Below are positions 26,309 to 38,820 of a stretch of 64,000 nucleotides of DNA, one piece after another. The position numbers and the translations under genes are program-made. The DNA is taken from assembly GCA_951406725.2 (NCBI GenBank), contig OX597837.1, positions 18,352,001-18,416,000 on the forward strand. Reading direction: 5' to 3'. Position 1 is the first letter of the stretch, and the number at the start of each line of letters is the position of its first letter. The notes beneath the pieces were generated by a model. It had not been told where the DNA came from. It made no database searches and worked only from the letters and a program-made list of their open reading frames with translations. The DNA comes from Octopus vulgaris (taxonomy: Eukaryota).

Positions 26309-26387
26309 GTGGTTTGGATTTTTATTATGCTACGAAAAATGATGCCAGGAAACTTGTGGACTTTCTCCTGTTAGTGGTACCATGCAA
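26309..26387 (+). CDS. NMD3: NMD3 coding exon 7
   Basis: GLDFYYATKNDARKLVDFLLLVVPC; AAG acceptor, GTGAGT donor. Confidence 0.95.
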
Positions 26388-27273
26388 GTGAGTTGAGTAG
26401 TATTTTCACATTCCTTAACAATGATTTTCTTTTATTTGTCTTGCCTTCTCTTTGTGTCTTCAGTGTGACTCTATTTTATGTAGTTAGTTCATCTTTTTAA
26501 GCTCTAATCATTGAGATAGCGTCTGATAGTCAGAATGTTGTCATACTGTAAGAAAATGGGTTCTTAATCACAGTCCTGAGTGCAGGAAAAAAATTATTTT
26601 GCTGACCTCTTGAACCAAGCTGTATGGTGATTGTGTCATTGCTTAGGAAGCTGTTTTCTTAGTTCATATATTTAGTTGCCATTTGTAACTTTTTGTGCAC
26701 ACTTTTACTTATAAAAGCTAATTTGAATAAACATTTCCACTCTCCACTTCTATAAAAAATTATATGTGTATACTACATAGAAAACAACATTAAAAATTCT
26801 CTCAGAATTATCAGCCAAGTAATATGAAAAGGTAAAGCCCTTGTAAAAATCAGATATGCAGCATGAATCACTTAGCAAAAGGAAATAACCAAGTTTACTG
26901 GATATTTTAGAAAGTTAATATTTAGTGTAGTTCATAGGGGTACTGTATTATGTATAACATACATTGTAAAAGATTAAAAAAATAAAGAAAATTTTTTTTT
27001 TGTGCATCAGAGATGAGAATACTGATATTTCGAACAAAGCTTTTCTTTATATGGTATAGTTTAATATTCAGTTTGAATTATTGAAGATATATGTTAATAT
27101 ACATAGTAATGCAGTTTGCAATTGTTTGTTGGATGAGCAAGGGGTTATCCTCAGCATTTTCTTTGCTTTCAGTTCCTTTGTTAATTGTCTTTGGGGGAAC
27201 AGTGAAAATACACAAACATAGAACATTTTGGAAGCCATATATTCTCTGCTAATTTTGGTTTGTATTTCTCTAG

Positions 27274-27370
27274 GTATCAGATAGCTCAGGAACTTCTCTC
27301 TATGGACATTCACAGCAACATTGCCAACTATAAATGGGCGTTCTCAGTGGAGATTGTCCCTGTGTGTAAG
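27274..27370 (+). CDS. NMD3: NMD3 coding exon 8
   Basis: YQIAQELLSMDIHSNIANYKWAFSVEIVPVCK. Confidence 0.97.
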
Positions 27371-27479
27371 GTGAGATCTATTTTTTAAAAAAAATAATCA
27401 TGTAAATGGAGAAAAATTGAACTGATTTTCATTATCAAAGCTGTAAATATTTTCCCTTTGTCTGATTATATGTGTGTGT

Positions 27480-27628
27480 GTGGGTGTGTCATAAGAAGTT
27501 TGCTTCTCAACCACATGGTTCCTAGTTCAATCCCATTGCATGGTATCTTAGGCAAATGTCTTCTATTATAGCTTCAGGCTGACTAAACCCTTGTGAATGG
27601 ATTTGGTAGATAGAAACTGAGAGAAGCC

Positions 27629-27694
<66 letters not shown>

Positions 27695-27900
27695 GTCTCC
27701 TTGCCTTTACATCACACAATTGTTGTAAATGGGTGTCATCATTATGCAAATAGTGCCCATTGTTTTCAGTATTTTTTGAAAAACATGTCTGGTCATCGGG
27801 AAATATTATTTTGCTTGGAAACAGGTGAAGGTTGGCAAAAGGAAGGGCAAAGTCCTGAACAATGTGAGCATGAGAAAGTGGTTGTTAAAATGATGATGTG
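27480..27900 (+). mobile_element. tRNA-derived SINE with internal (TA)n(TG)n and (GAT)n tail
   Basis: Head taagaagtttgcttctcaaccacatggttcctagttcaatccc; related heads at ~29930, 42990, 44565, 45790 (-) and 55040. Confidence 0.7.
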
Positions 27901-28454
27901 ATATACACTGACACAAAAATGTATAACACTGCTTGTATAACAGTTAGACTTGTTTACAAATATTGCAGTGAGCGTCTTTCAGTTTCTGTATATCAAATCC
28001 ACCCAATAGGCTTTAGATGGCTTGAGGCTATAAAAAACAGTTGCTCAAGATATCATGTAGTGAGATTGAACCTGGAACTATACATTTGTGAAGTAAACTT
28101 TTAAACTACACAGCCATGCCTGTCCCTAGTAAAAAAAATATATATTGTGTGTACTGTTGATACTAGGGTTCTATGTAGATTTTCATCATCCAGGCTACTC
28201 CAGCAGAGCGGTTGTGTTACTACTATGCTATTACTGGTTATGATATACAGAGCAAATGTAAGAGAAAATATGATAAACACAAGTTAATATCATTTGTTCC
28301 TTATGTGTCTCAACATTTGATCTCTGTGACAATGCAATAGGGCCTTCCCAGATAATCCATTGTGTCCTGTGCTGTCATTCCAAACACTCCCAATGATGAA
28401 ACCTACATATGGAATGAATGATATAAACTTGAGTTTATCTTAATTTCTCACACA

Positions 28455-29340
28455 TCATCTTCATTTAACATCCATTTTCCAAGCTGGCATTGGTTGGACG
28501 GTTTGACAGGAGTTGGCCTGCTGGAGAGCTGCTTTAGTTCCATTTGTCTGTTTGAGCATGGTCACTATGGCTGGATGCCCTTCCTAACACCAAACACTTT
28601 ACAGTGTGTGCTGGGTGCTTTCAACGTATCACTGGCATGAATGCTTTTATGTGGCACTGGCACTTTTACGTGACACCAGCACGTGTTCTTTTATGTGGTA
28701 CCAGTACCCATGATCCTGCGAGACTAAGACATTTTGTCCTATGTCTTCCTGGGTCTACCCCTTCCACATGTTCCCTCCACAATTTGACATCAGCACCTCT
28801 TTATACAACTGTTCTCATCCATATGAATCCCATGCCCATATTAGTGCAGTCTTCTCATTACATCTGATGCCTCTTATATCCAATTTTTCTCTTAAATCAT
28901 TTACATTCTGTTGTATGTGTACACTGACATTACCCATCCTGCAGAGCATGCTGGCTTTGTTCCTTTCAAACCTTCTCATGTTGTCTGTAGCCATAGCCTG
29001 TGTTTCACTGCTATGCAGCATAGTTTTACTTATACAGGCTTCATACAATTTTTTTCTTCCACAGAGAAGCTCTTTGTTACCAACAAAGGTAGTGACACTC
29101 TAAATTTTGCCCAGCCTGTTCTTATTTTAACAACTACACTTTCAGAACTTTTTCCTCTACATTAGGTAGACTCTCCTTCTCCCATGCATTCTCTGCATTT
29201 AGCAACCTTTCATAGTGGCATTTTCAAGTCTCTTTGCAGAATATCTAACTGCAAATGAACTATCATCCATGTGGATACACTCTCTCCTACATCATGATTC
29301 TCTCACACACTGTCTTGCAATCTGAAACCTCTAGTCCCTT
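28455..29340 (-). mobile_element. Truncated/rearranged RTE LINE fragment
   Basis: YEACI..MLHSSET.A....MRRFERNKASMLCRM; same family as 18141-22015. Confidence 0.8.
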
Positions 29341-29896
29341 TGCCATATATCTATATCTATATATACTAGTTATGTATAATTGAAGAAATGTTTTTATAAA
29401 TCACAAGAATTCATAAATCTCATCCCTAATATCAGGCTTAGTATGAAACATGAGTATAGCTACTTTTTGAGGCTAAGACATCAGATGTAGAATTATAATG
29501 AGGGCAGCAAGCTGACAGAATCATGAGTATGTCAGATAAAATGCTTAGTCGCTCTTCTTCCCGCTCTTTATATTCTGAGTTCAAATTCTGCCATGGTTAA
29601 CTTTGCCTCCAATCCTTTCAGGGTTGATAAAATAGGTAACAGTCAAGGACTGGGGTCAATGTAATCGACTTGTCACCCACTTCAAAATTTCTGGTTTGTG
29701 CAAATTAGAATTATTATTGCCCACATAACATAACATAACATTGGAATTAATAGTTTTGTGTTCCTGATAGTGTTTATAAAACCTGTTCAAGACACTGCTA
29801 GACATGAAATATTATTATATACTTTAGAGTGAACTAATTCACATAGTGCCCTGTCCAGAACAATTATATCTCTCTTGCTTACTTTATGTACACAAT

Positions 29897-29927
<31 letters not shown>

Positions 29928-30142
29928 CATGATTGTGTGGCTGAGAAACCTGTTTCCCAACAGTGTGGTCTTGGGTTCAGTCCCATTGTGTGATACCTTG
30001 GGCACATGTATAGCACTGAGTGAACTGTTTAAACACACAGCCATGCCTATGGCAATGAGTGGTGGATTCTGTTGGCCTCATCATTGAACATTAAGTTTTT
30101 GACCAATTGAGTAAGAATTTACATGAAATGAAAGTGGCCAAC

Positions 30143-30182
<40 letters not shown>

Positions 30183-30442
30183 AACAAATTGACTGGACTG
30201 ATGGTTTATTTATTGATCTTAAGAGGATGAAGGGCAAAGCTAACTTTGGCATAGTTTGAACTCGGAGTGAGAACTGCAAAGCGTTCTATCCAACATTAAT
30301 GCTTCTGTCAGTTTGCCACCTCACTTACTTGTGGATGTACATTTATATTTTTCCTCTGAGCTGTGTAAAATTACTGCTATATTTTAGGTTTAGATTTATT
30401 TTTAAATAATTCGTTTTATTCTTGTTTTTTTTCTGCTTGCAG

Positions 30443-30560
30443 GATGATGTTGTATGTCTTCCCAAGAAACTGGCTGCTTCTCTTGGAAACATTTCACAAA
30501 TTTGTGTCGTGTACCGAGTAACTAAGGCAGTTCATATCATTGATCCCATTTCTTTACAAA
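30443..30560 (+). CDS. NMD3: NMD3 coding exon 9
   Basis: DDVVCLPKKLAASLGNISQICVVYRVTKAVHIIDPISLQ. Confidence 0.98.
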
Positions 30561-31720
30561 GTAAGGACAATTTCACATCTTTGCACCACAACTGGTCTTC
30601 TAGGTGCTGTCTATCTCTCTCTTTCCTCCTTTCCCTCTCTCCCCTCTTGCATCTCCTTTATTGGTTTGCAAGAGCAAGTTAACATGAACAACAAATGAGC
30701 TGAAAATAAATGGACATTAAAAGAATCATCTGCAAGTGTGAAGGCTTCACTGGTATGAATAACAATTAAATGAAGTAGCAAACAATTCAACTGGAAGGAG
30801 TGTATAGTGGAAGATTGGTAATGAAGTGCTGAAGGCTCCATCTTAGAAGAGACCACAACAAGTAGCAAGAAACAGTGCTGAAGAAAACCTATCCATTCCA
30901 TAGAAAAGTGGGCATATGATGATATGATTGCAAATGTGTTTCCTAATCCTTGATTATCAGAAATTTGTTCAGCTGGCAACATCTCAAGCAGTGGTTAATT
31001 TAATAGTGTTATCTAGTAATGTGAGGATATGTCTCCTGAAGGGTCACACTGAGACTACTTAGTTCCATTTGTTAGATTTGAGGTAAATCTCCTTGTTAGC
31101 ACCCTATTCTACTACAGCCTGCTTTTTAAAAACCTGATCACTATTTTCCCATTTTGTCTTTCCACCTGTTAAATACTTCTATAAGTTTATGCTATGATCT
31201 TAATATGTCTCTATGTCTGTATTGTGACATTGTCATGTTCTTTGCTTCAGCATAGCAATATTTTTTTAATGGTAGTAACCGCATTTCAGAATTGTAGCAT
31301 ACCATGATTTTATTTTCTGTTGGCATGTTAATGTAATTAAAATACCTGTATGAGGATGGTGATGTCTAGATATTACAACATCTTTTAAGTAAATGTATTT
31401 CATATCAGTATGGTAATGTCATAATGACTCCTCTCCCTTCCTTTACAAGAATTTCATCTTGTCATTTTTGTATAAAGAATCTAATATCTTCTTCACTGAA
31501 GTGGTTTCACCATTGTGTTCACAGCAGTAGTGTGGACATCTATACATTTTGTTTTGATATCCATATTTCACTTGTCTCCTCTATTGCTATATGATAATGA
31601 GAGAAATATCTATGATATTGCTGACGTGTTGGGAGAAGGATTGTTGTTGTTATTAAAAGATGCTTATTAAGAAGAGGAATTGTTGTAATGCCTGCTGTAC
31701 TTGTTTCCTTCCATTTCCAG

Positions 31721-31863
31721 TTGCAGAAATCAGTGGACAGGTTTATTGGAGAGAACCATTTCAGAGTCTGAGTGGCCCAAAGCAGCTCACTGAATACGTG
31801 GTAATGGAAATTGACCCAATTCCATTTCATGAGATGCCCCATGTGACTCCCGCTTCAAAGAAA
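31721..31863 (+). CDS. NMD3: NMD3 coding exon 10
   Basis: AEISGQVYWREPFQSLSGPKQLTEYVVMEIDPIPFHEMPHVTPASKK. Confidence 0.96.
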
Positions 31864-33187
31864 GTAAGTCTATTGTTGAAGTAAAACAGTTCATGCTGTT
31901 TAACCTGAATCAAACCTCATTCAGCAGATCTGTGATCAGAGATGTTTTAGCCATACACCATCCTGTTCCCCCCCCCACAATGTACTGTATATGTTTGTCC
32001 CACTCATGCCAGCATGGAAGGCAGATGTTAGACGATGGTGATGTTACCTGATGGATTTTGTTTGGTAGTTGGGGGACTGAAGTACGATTTGAAAGTAGAT
32101 TTAGCTACTATTTCTAGCAAGTCAAATGACCATGTAGAAGCTCTCTCCCTGTAAAGCAGGTGTGATGTGGTTTCAGCATAAATGTGTTGTGGTTGAATGA
32201 GTGAAGAGTTCTGGATTACTGACACTCAGAGGGAATTAGTTTATTGTGAATCTATTTAAAATGTGTTTATTGATTTATTTCAGTTATATTGATTTAAACT
32301 TGGTGCCATTGTTTACTGGTTGAATTTCCTGTGCTTTTTGTTGTCCGTATGATTACATATTTAATAATTTCTGTATATGCAACATGTTTGTTAAAACCCT
32401 GCATGTAATAAATGAGGAGTGAATTTATATCTAAACTTGTATCCAGGCACTTTTAATGACTTGTCAAATCATTTGAACCATAGTCAGTTATCAAAACTTA
32501 AGCTAATAAATTGAAGTTAACAGACCAAAATATTTCCCATTGGCACTGCTAACCCTTTTTGTACCAGAATGCAGAATGGTTGGTGTTAGAAAGAAGATTC
32601 AGCCATAAGACCCATGCCAAAACAGACAGTGAAGCATGGTGCAGTCTTCTGCCTAGCCAGCTCCTGCCAGCATGGAAAGTGGACGTTAATGATGATGATG
32701 ATGATGAATGCCTGAGATTGCTTCTGCTTCGGTGATACAAGCATCCTGTTTTAAAGTGATGTAAATTAGAACCTCTTACCAAAAATCAAAATTTGATACT
32801 AATTTGTGTTTCAAACACCAGCATTTAAATTGGTCATATCTGACCTAAATGTTCTACCTGTTTTACATTCAAACTGGCCAGTTCCAGCCTCTCACAGCTT
32901 TCCAAAAATAAAAATAGTTGCATCATCAAAATCTTGAAGCTACAAGATAATGCATGATTAATTCAAAACAATTAAGTAAACATTTGACAGAGTAATCTGA
33001 ATGCTAAAGGGTTAATAATGACACTTGTTTTACTAAATTCTTTGTCATTTTCAAAATTAATTGATACAAAAAAGTCAGTGTATTTCGACAGAGCATGGTA
33101 AAGAAAGTTTAATTTCTCAGAAATTGACATATTGAATTAGTCTTATATGATGACTCAAAACACACTCAATTGAAAATTTCTTTCCAG

Positions 33188-33303
33188 CATGTTCTCTCAG
33201 AAGTGTGGGTAGCTCGTACTAATGATCTTGGTGTTAATGACCAGCAGTACTATTGTAAGACTCATCTTGGACATACTCTTCACCCTGGAGATTCTGTGTT
33301 AGG
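33188..33303 (+). CDS. NMD3: NMD3 coding exon 11
   Basis: HVLSEVWVARTNDLGVNDQQYYCKTHLGHTLHPGDSVL. Confidence 0.97.
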
Positions 33304-34543
33304 GTTTGTACAAATATTTTTCCTGTTTTCTTAATCTTACTTTGCATTTTTTAAAAACTAGATATCGTCAATGTTACCAACTTCTATGTTGGAATTTTAT
33401 TTAAGAGATTGGATGTGAGGAAATTAGGTTTCATAAATGGCACATGAAGAAGGCTAATATTATCTGAGAAGATGAGGTATAATCTCTAAAAATAATATGT
33501 TGAAGTAATTATATTCTGTACTTTGCTGGGAATAGTACTACACTAGTTTGTATGTTTGTTTAAAAAAATTTCTTGTTACTGCATTTGATTTCAAGATATC
33601 ATAGCATTTTGCTTGAAAGATTAGATTTCCTTCTTACAATAATATCAGCATTATTGTTTCTACATCTGAATGAATTTGTACCAACACAGACCATCTCTAC
33701 TGTCCTAAAACCTTTGTGATTCTTCTTGCCATCCCTGATTGTTTTGGTGTGGAATATATTAGAGAAGACAACAATATAGGTTTAACCTAAAAATAATGAT
33801 TAATTCTTTCATTACTATATTTCTCACCAAAATATACTCCTTACCTGTTGCAATTAAGTTCTAGTATGATTGTGAATTTAGGCTAGCTTTTTATTTATTG
33901 ACATATTTGTGATTTTTGGAACATAATTTAGCAAAAGGTTCTTAACCAAATCTATTGCATAATTTGTCTTAAAGCAAATCAAGTTACATGTAAATAGAGG
34001 TAAATTCAATGAGATATAAAATTATTAAAATTTTGTTTAAACATCATCATAGAAAAGGAGTTATTAGCTAATATTCAGTTGAGTATACAGCAAAATTTAT
34101 AAATAGAATTGTGAAAATTATTAGTTTATTTTCAATCAGTTGAACTTAAATACACATAAAGACAGGTATATCATAAAGGTAAAAATAGAATGCAGTAGTG
34201 GAATTTATTGAAGAAAACTAGAAAAACACACTGCCATATGTAAATGTACAGAAATATATAGAATGATTGACAAGTCAAATTAATCAGAATTTGTCACTTT
34301 TACAGGTGAATTAAAATTACAAGTAAAAAAAATTTTAAATGAGGTGAATTTGAAAAAATATATTTATAAAATCAAATTAACCCCCCCCCCCCCACACACA
34401 CAATATTCCTATATTGGAAGCTTGTAAAGCCAAAGAAACTTTAGAGTGGTTTTGGGTAGGTTGGTAATGAAAAAGTTAATTGGATCATGTTAAAAAATTG
34501 TTTGTATGATAATGATTTTTTCCCATTTTTATTTCCTATTCAG

Positions 34544-34616
34544 ATTTCATTTGGTAAATTCTAATGTGAATAACTCAGATTTTGATAATATGAAAAAAGA
34601 CAGGGTACCTGATGTG
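34544..34616 (+). CDS. NMD3: NMD3 coding exon 12
   Basis: FHLVNSNVNNSDFDNMKKDRVPDV. Confidence 0.95.
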
Positions 34617-35253
34617 GTAAGGGACAGTTTTTTTTTCTTTTACACAGCAAAATGATGATTTGTTAAATAGACTAGTAACATTATAGCTTTGAGGTTAACA
34701 TCCAGAGCTAGTGAATGTTAACTTCACATGCGCTGTCATTGTGTAGGCTACATATCTATATTTCTTTGGGGGGGGGGGGGGGTTTCGTTTGCAACAGATT
34801 ACCCTTTAACATTTAAACCAGTCAGATCCAGCCTATCATACATACCCTTCAATGCCATTCTAAAAATATACAATCACATCATTGAAATTTCAAAGCTATG
34901 AGATAATACATGATTAATTAAAAAAACATTGCAAATGGTTTATGACACTTTCATTGGAGTAATTGTTTTTACAACTGAAAACCTTTTCCTTCACAAACTA
35001 ATTGAAGGAGGGTCATGCAAGTGGAAACTGGAGTAAACAAAGTTCTGTGATCAGTTTATCCAATGCCTTACTCTCACAAATATTGTTCCTGTAGCTACTT
35101 CAAATAATTTACTGCACTAATGTACATTATTATAGCATGACCACTACACCGTCATGTTCTCCCTGTGTTATAGCTGTGATGTTTTATGCCTCAAGTTTAT
35201 ATAATTATTAATTATGACATGAATGTGTTTTGTTCAATGTTTCTTTTCGGTAG

Positions 35254-35357
35254 GTTTTGGTGAAGAAGTTGTATAATCGCACAAAGAGAAATCGTCAACG
35301 CAACTGGAAACTGAAACACGTTCTCCCTGATCTTGTTGATTCTTCAAGTGATGGAAT
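35254..35357 (+). CDS. NMD3: NMD3 coding exon 13
   Basis: VLVKKLYNRTKRNRQRNWKLKHVLPDLVDSSSDG, including the basic NLS region. Confidence 0.96.
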
Positions 35358-35450
35358 GTAAGTTTTTCTTTTTTTTTTTCATTCTTTTTCATATACCGAA
35401 AAATGTTTTCTCTCTCCAAAATAGGGAAGGCAGTGGGAGGAGACAAAATA

Positions 35451-36621
35451 TTGGGTTGGCAAAAAAGTAATTTCGGTTTTTTAGTGTGAGATAAAAGTAA
35501 TTTTGTTTTCATACAAAGAATGAACTTTAATCAATTATTTATTTTCCATTTTGTTTGATGACCTTTTGCCATCTTTCTGGCAACTTCATGATTCCATGCT
35601 CATGGAACTTCTGGTCCTTATCAGCCAAAAACTGAAGCAAGTGTGATTTCAGGTCATCATCATTATTGAAAGTTTTACAATTCAAAGAATTTTGAAAACT
35701 TTGAAATAAATGGTAATCTGATGGTGCTATATGGTGGATGTGACATCACTTCCCAACCAAACTCATGATTTTTCATGAGTTAGCAAAGACATGTGTGGTC
35801 TAGCATTGTCACAATGGAACACAATTCCTTTACAATTTGCTAATGCTAACTATTTTACTTTGATTACTGCCAACAATTAATGAAACTGGACGAAGCAAAC
35901 ATTTTAATTGATTGTTTGGTTCCTTGGAATCAGCTTGAAATACACAACATCTTTGTAATCCCACCAAATTGACAGCATGACCTCATTTTATGCAAATCAG
36001 CATTTGATGTAGTTTGTGCTGGTTCATTACGCTTGGACGATGATTGTTTTTGGTTGATGTTATTGTAGACGATCCATTTTTCATCACCAGTGATGATTCA
36101 TTTGAAAAAAGGTCAATTTCATTGTGTTTGGGATGCATATTGCAAATATTTATTTGTTATGTTAAATGAATCTCTTTCAATTTATGTGGTGCCCAAATAT
36201 CTTAACAAGTCCAAGGCATTTGAAGTGATTTTCAATTGTTGTGTGTGATACATTTAACCTCTCTTCAATCTCTCGCACGGTTATATGACAACCAGATTCA
36301 ATTATGACTTTGATTCAGTCATCATCAACTTCAGTAGGTCGACCAGAAAGTTGGCCATCTTTGAGTAAAAAAAAATCTCCAGACTGGAATTTTTAAAAAC
36401 CATTTCAGATCTTTATGGAAATAAAAAAGCAAAATATAGTGTAAATGTTTGCTTTTGCACTCCATGTTAAAATTGACACTGAACTAATAACTGTAAACAA
36501 ATTTATGTGCACTTTGCTTCTAAAGTAAGATAAAAGTAACGGCTATCAAATGTCAACGGGAAAAATCATGACATTGACAAAACTCATTAAAAAAAACGAA
36601 ATTACTTTCTTGCCAACCCAA
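35451..36621 (-). mobile_element. Older degenerate mariner with TIRs and TA TSD
   Basis: TA|TTGGGTTGGCAAAAAAGTAATTTCG ... CGAAATTACTTTCTTGCCAACCCAA|TA. Minus strand retains ITGDEKWI, CDNARPH and APSDYHLF remnants. Confidence 0.92.
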
Positions 36622-37767
36622 TATAATGCTTACAACTCTAATATGAACTGATGATTGCAGCTTCATTGCTTCCTTTTGAAACTATTTAATACTCAGTCTG
36701 TAAATTTCAAAATTAAAACTAATACAGTTTTCTAATGACATTATATAAAATATCTTATCACTCATTAAACAAATATTTTTCCATTTATCGTTTTATATAC
36801 TACAGAAAGCTGGCATTAAGGAATTATTTTCATCAGCTTTTGATAGAATATAAATTGTAGCAGTGTTGTTAACTGTGGCAGGGATAGCTAGTTGTAGGTT
36901 TGAGAGAGATTCACACATCTTGTATGCAAGATTATATCATATTGCAGGCGAGACTTATCTCCCTCTCCACTGCTCCTATACATTGCACATCATGCCATTA
37001 TTTCTGATCTATTCTCCTCTCACCTTGTACCTCTTTATGCTTGTATTTTCCTCAACCATTACTTCCACCCTCTTCTTTCACCATCTACGAAAGCATCCAC
37101 TCCCCCCCTCCCACGATCCACTGTCCTTATCCTCTCTTATGTTCAACTTGTATCTTGAGAGTTTGCTCTCACACTTCATTGCTTCCTTCCTTTATCTCCC
37201 TCCTCAACTATTCCTACTCACCCCTATTATAGGGTTAGCCATGTATCTTTTATAGCGAGATGTATGTACCTCTCCCTCTATCTTACTTTAGCCTTTGAAC
37301 ATCCAGCATAAATCCACCTCCCTCTTTCAAATACTCCCTCATTTAGTTGTGGGAATTTTTCCCTTTTCCTCTTCTTGTTTTTCTGTCATGCAAGTAACCT
37401 GCAACCTCACTAGTCCTGGTGGCATAGAAAAAGTATCCAACTCTTCAAAGTGGTTGGTGTTAGGAAGAGCATCCTTTACACTCTGTAAAGTGGTTGGCCT
37501 TAAGAATGGCATAGAAACTTTAGCCAAAGCTGACATTGGAGCCCAACGTGGCCTTGTGGCTTGCCAGATCCTGTCAAACCATTCAACCCATGCTAGCATG
37601 GAAAATGGATGTCAAACAATAATGACAGTGGTGGCAAGCTTCTTTGTCTTCTTCTTGGTGGCTTAAAATATGTTGACAGTAACAATAAGTATGACAATGC
37701 ACACGCTTTGAGGGTCAAATCTGATGTGAATATGTGTGTATCTGAAATAGAGACAGTTTTTTTTTAA

Positions 37768-38185
37768 CCTTTTAGCATTTAAACCAGCCATATCCGACCC
37801 AAATATTCTACCTTATTTATGCTAAAACTGGACAGATCTAGCCTCTCACAGTCATTTTACAAATCAATCCTCAAAACCGCAAACCTATGAAATAATGTAT
37901 GATTAATTTAACCCTTTAGCATTGATTACTCTATTAAATGTAATGCTTATTTATGCACATTGTTTTGAATTATTCATGCATAATCTTGTAACTTTGAGAT
38001 TTCAATAATGTGACTGTTTATTTTTAGAATGACATTGTAGGGTAGGTGCAAGAAGCAGGCTCTGGCCAGTTTGAGCCTAAAGCACATTGAATATCTTGGC
38101 TAGATTGACTGGTTTAAATGCTAAAGGGTTAAGATGATGTGAATATATAAGCATTATATTTGACAGTAATTTGAATGCTAAACGG
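37768..38185. mobile_element. TTAA-flanked (piggyBac-type) MITE containing a nested copy of the same family (37912-38128)
   Basis: TTAA|CC(C/T)TTTAGCATT...AATGCTAAA(G/C)GG|TTAA termini occur twice; other copies at ~23110-23330, 32820-33014 and 34801-34920. Confidence 0.85.
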
Positions 38186-38749
38186 TTAAATTTTCTGATA
38201 CCAAAATGGTCAACGTGATTTGATGGTATAAAGTATTGTTGTTACCATACTAGGATGAATATTAATGCCCATCACATATACTGTAGTTTAGTGACCCATG
38301 TGCTCAGTCATTTTACTTTTTCTATAGTTATGCTGGTGTTTGCATTTAGTAAATTCATTTATTTTGTTTTGTTCAATTTATGTGTTTGCAATTGGTTTGA
38401 TATTGGTGAATGAATTTTTTTGTGCAAATGATTTTTTTTCTTCTAGTTGGATGACTTCTGAATACATATCTTTGATTTTCATTTTCAAACATGAAAGTTG
38501 GGGTAACTTGTACCTCTTCTCAGTTAGTTTGACTGCTCTATGAAGAGTTATAAGTTTTGTTTAAGGACACAATACAATCTTATTAGACAACCAAAACAAT
38601 TTCTAATCAGACTGATCCTCCTCCCATTATTGGTTACTGTACAGAATCCAAATTTCATTTTTTTACATCTTTTTTTGTTTAAATATCAATTTATTTTCAA
38701 TTTTTATTGTTTTCTTTTCTAATAATCATTAAAAATAAATTTTTTGCAG

Positions 38750-38820
38750 TGCATATACTGAATTTCTGGAAGATTTGGAAGAAGATGATGGTTACAGACA
38801 AAATGTGAACATATTCATGG
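38750..38820 (+). CDS. NMD3: NMD3 coding exon 14
   Basis: AYTEFLEDLEEDDGYRQNVNIFM. Confidence 0.97.
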
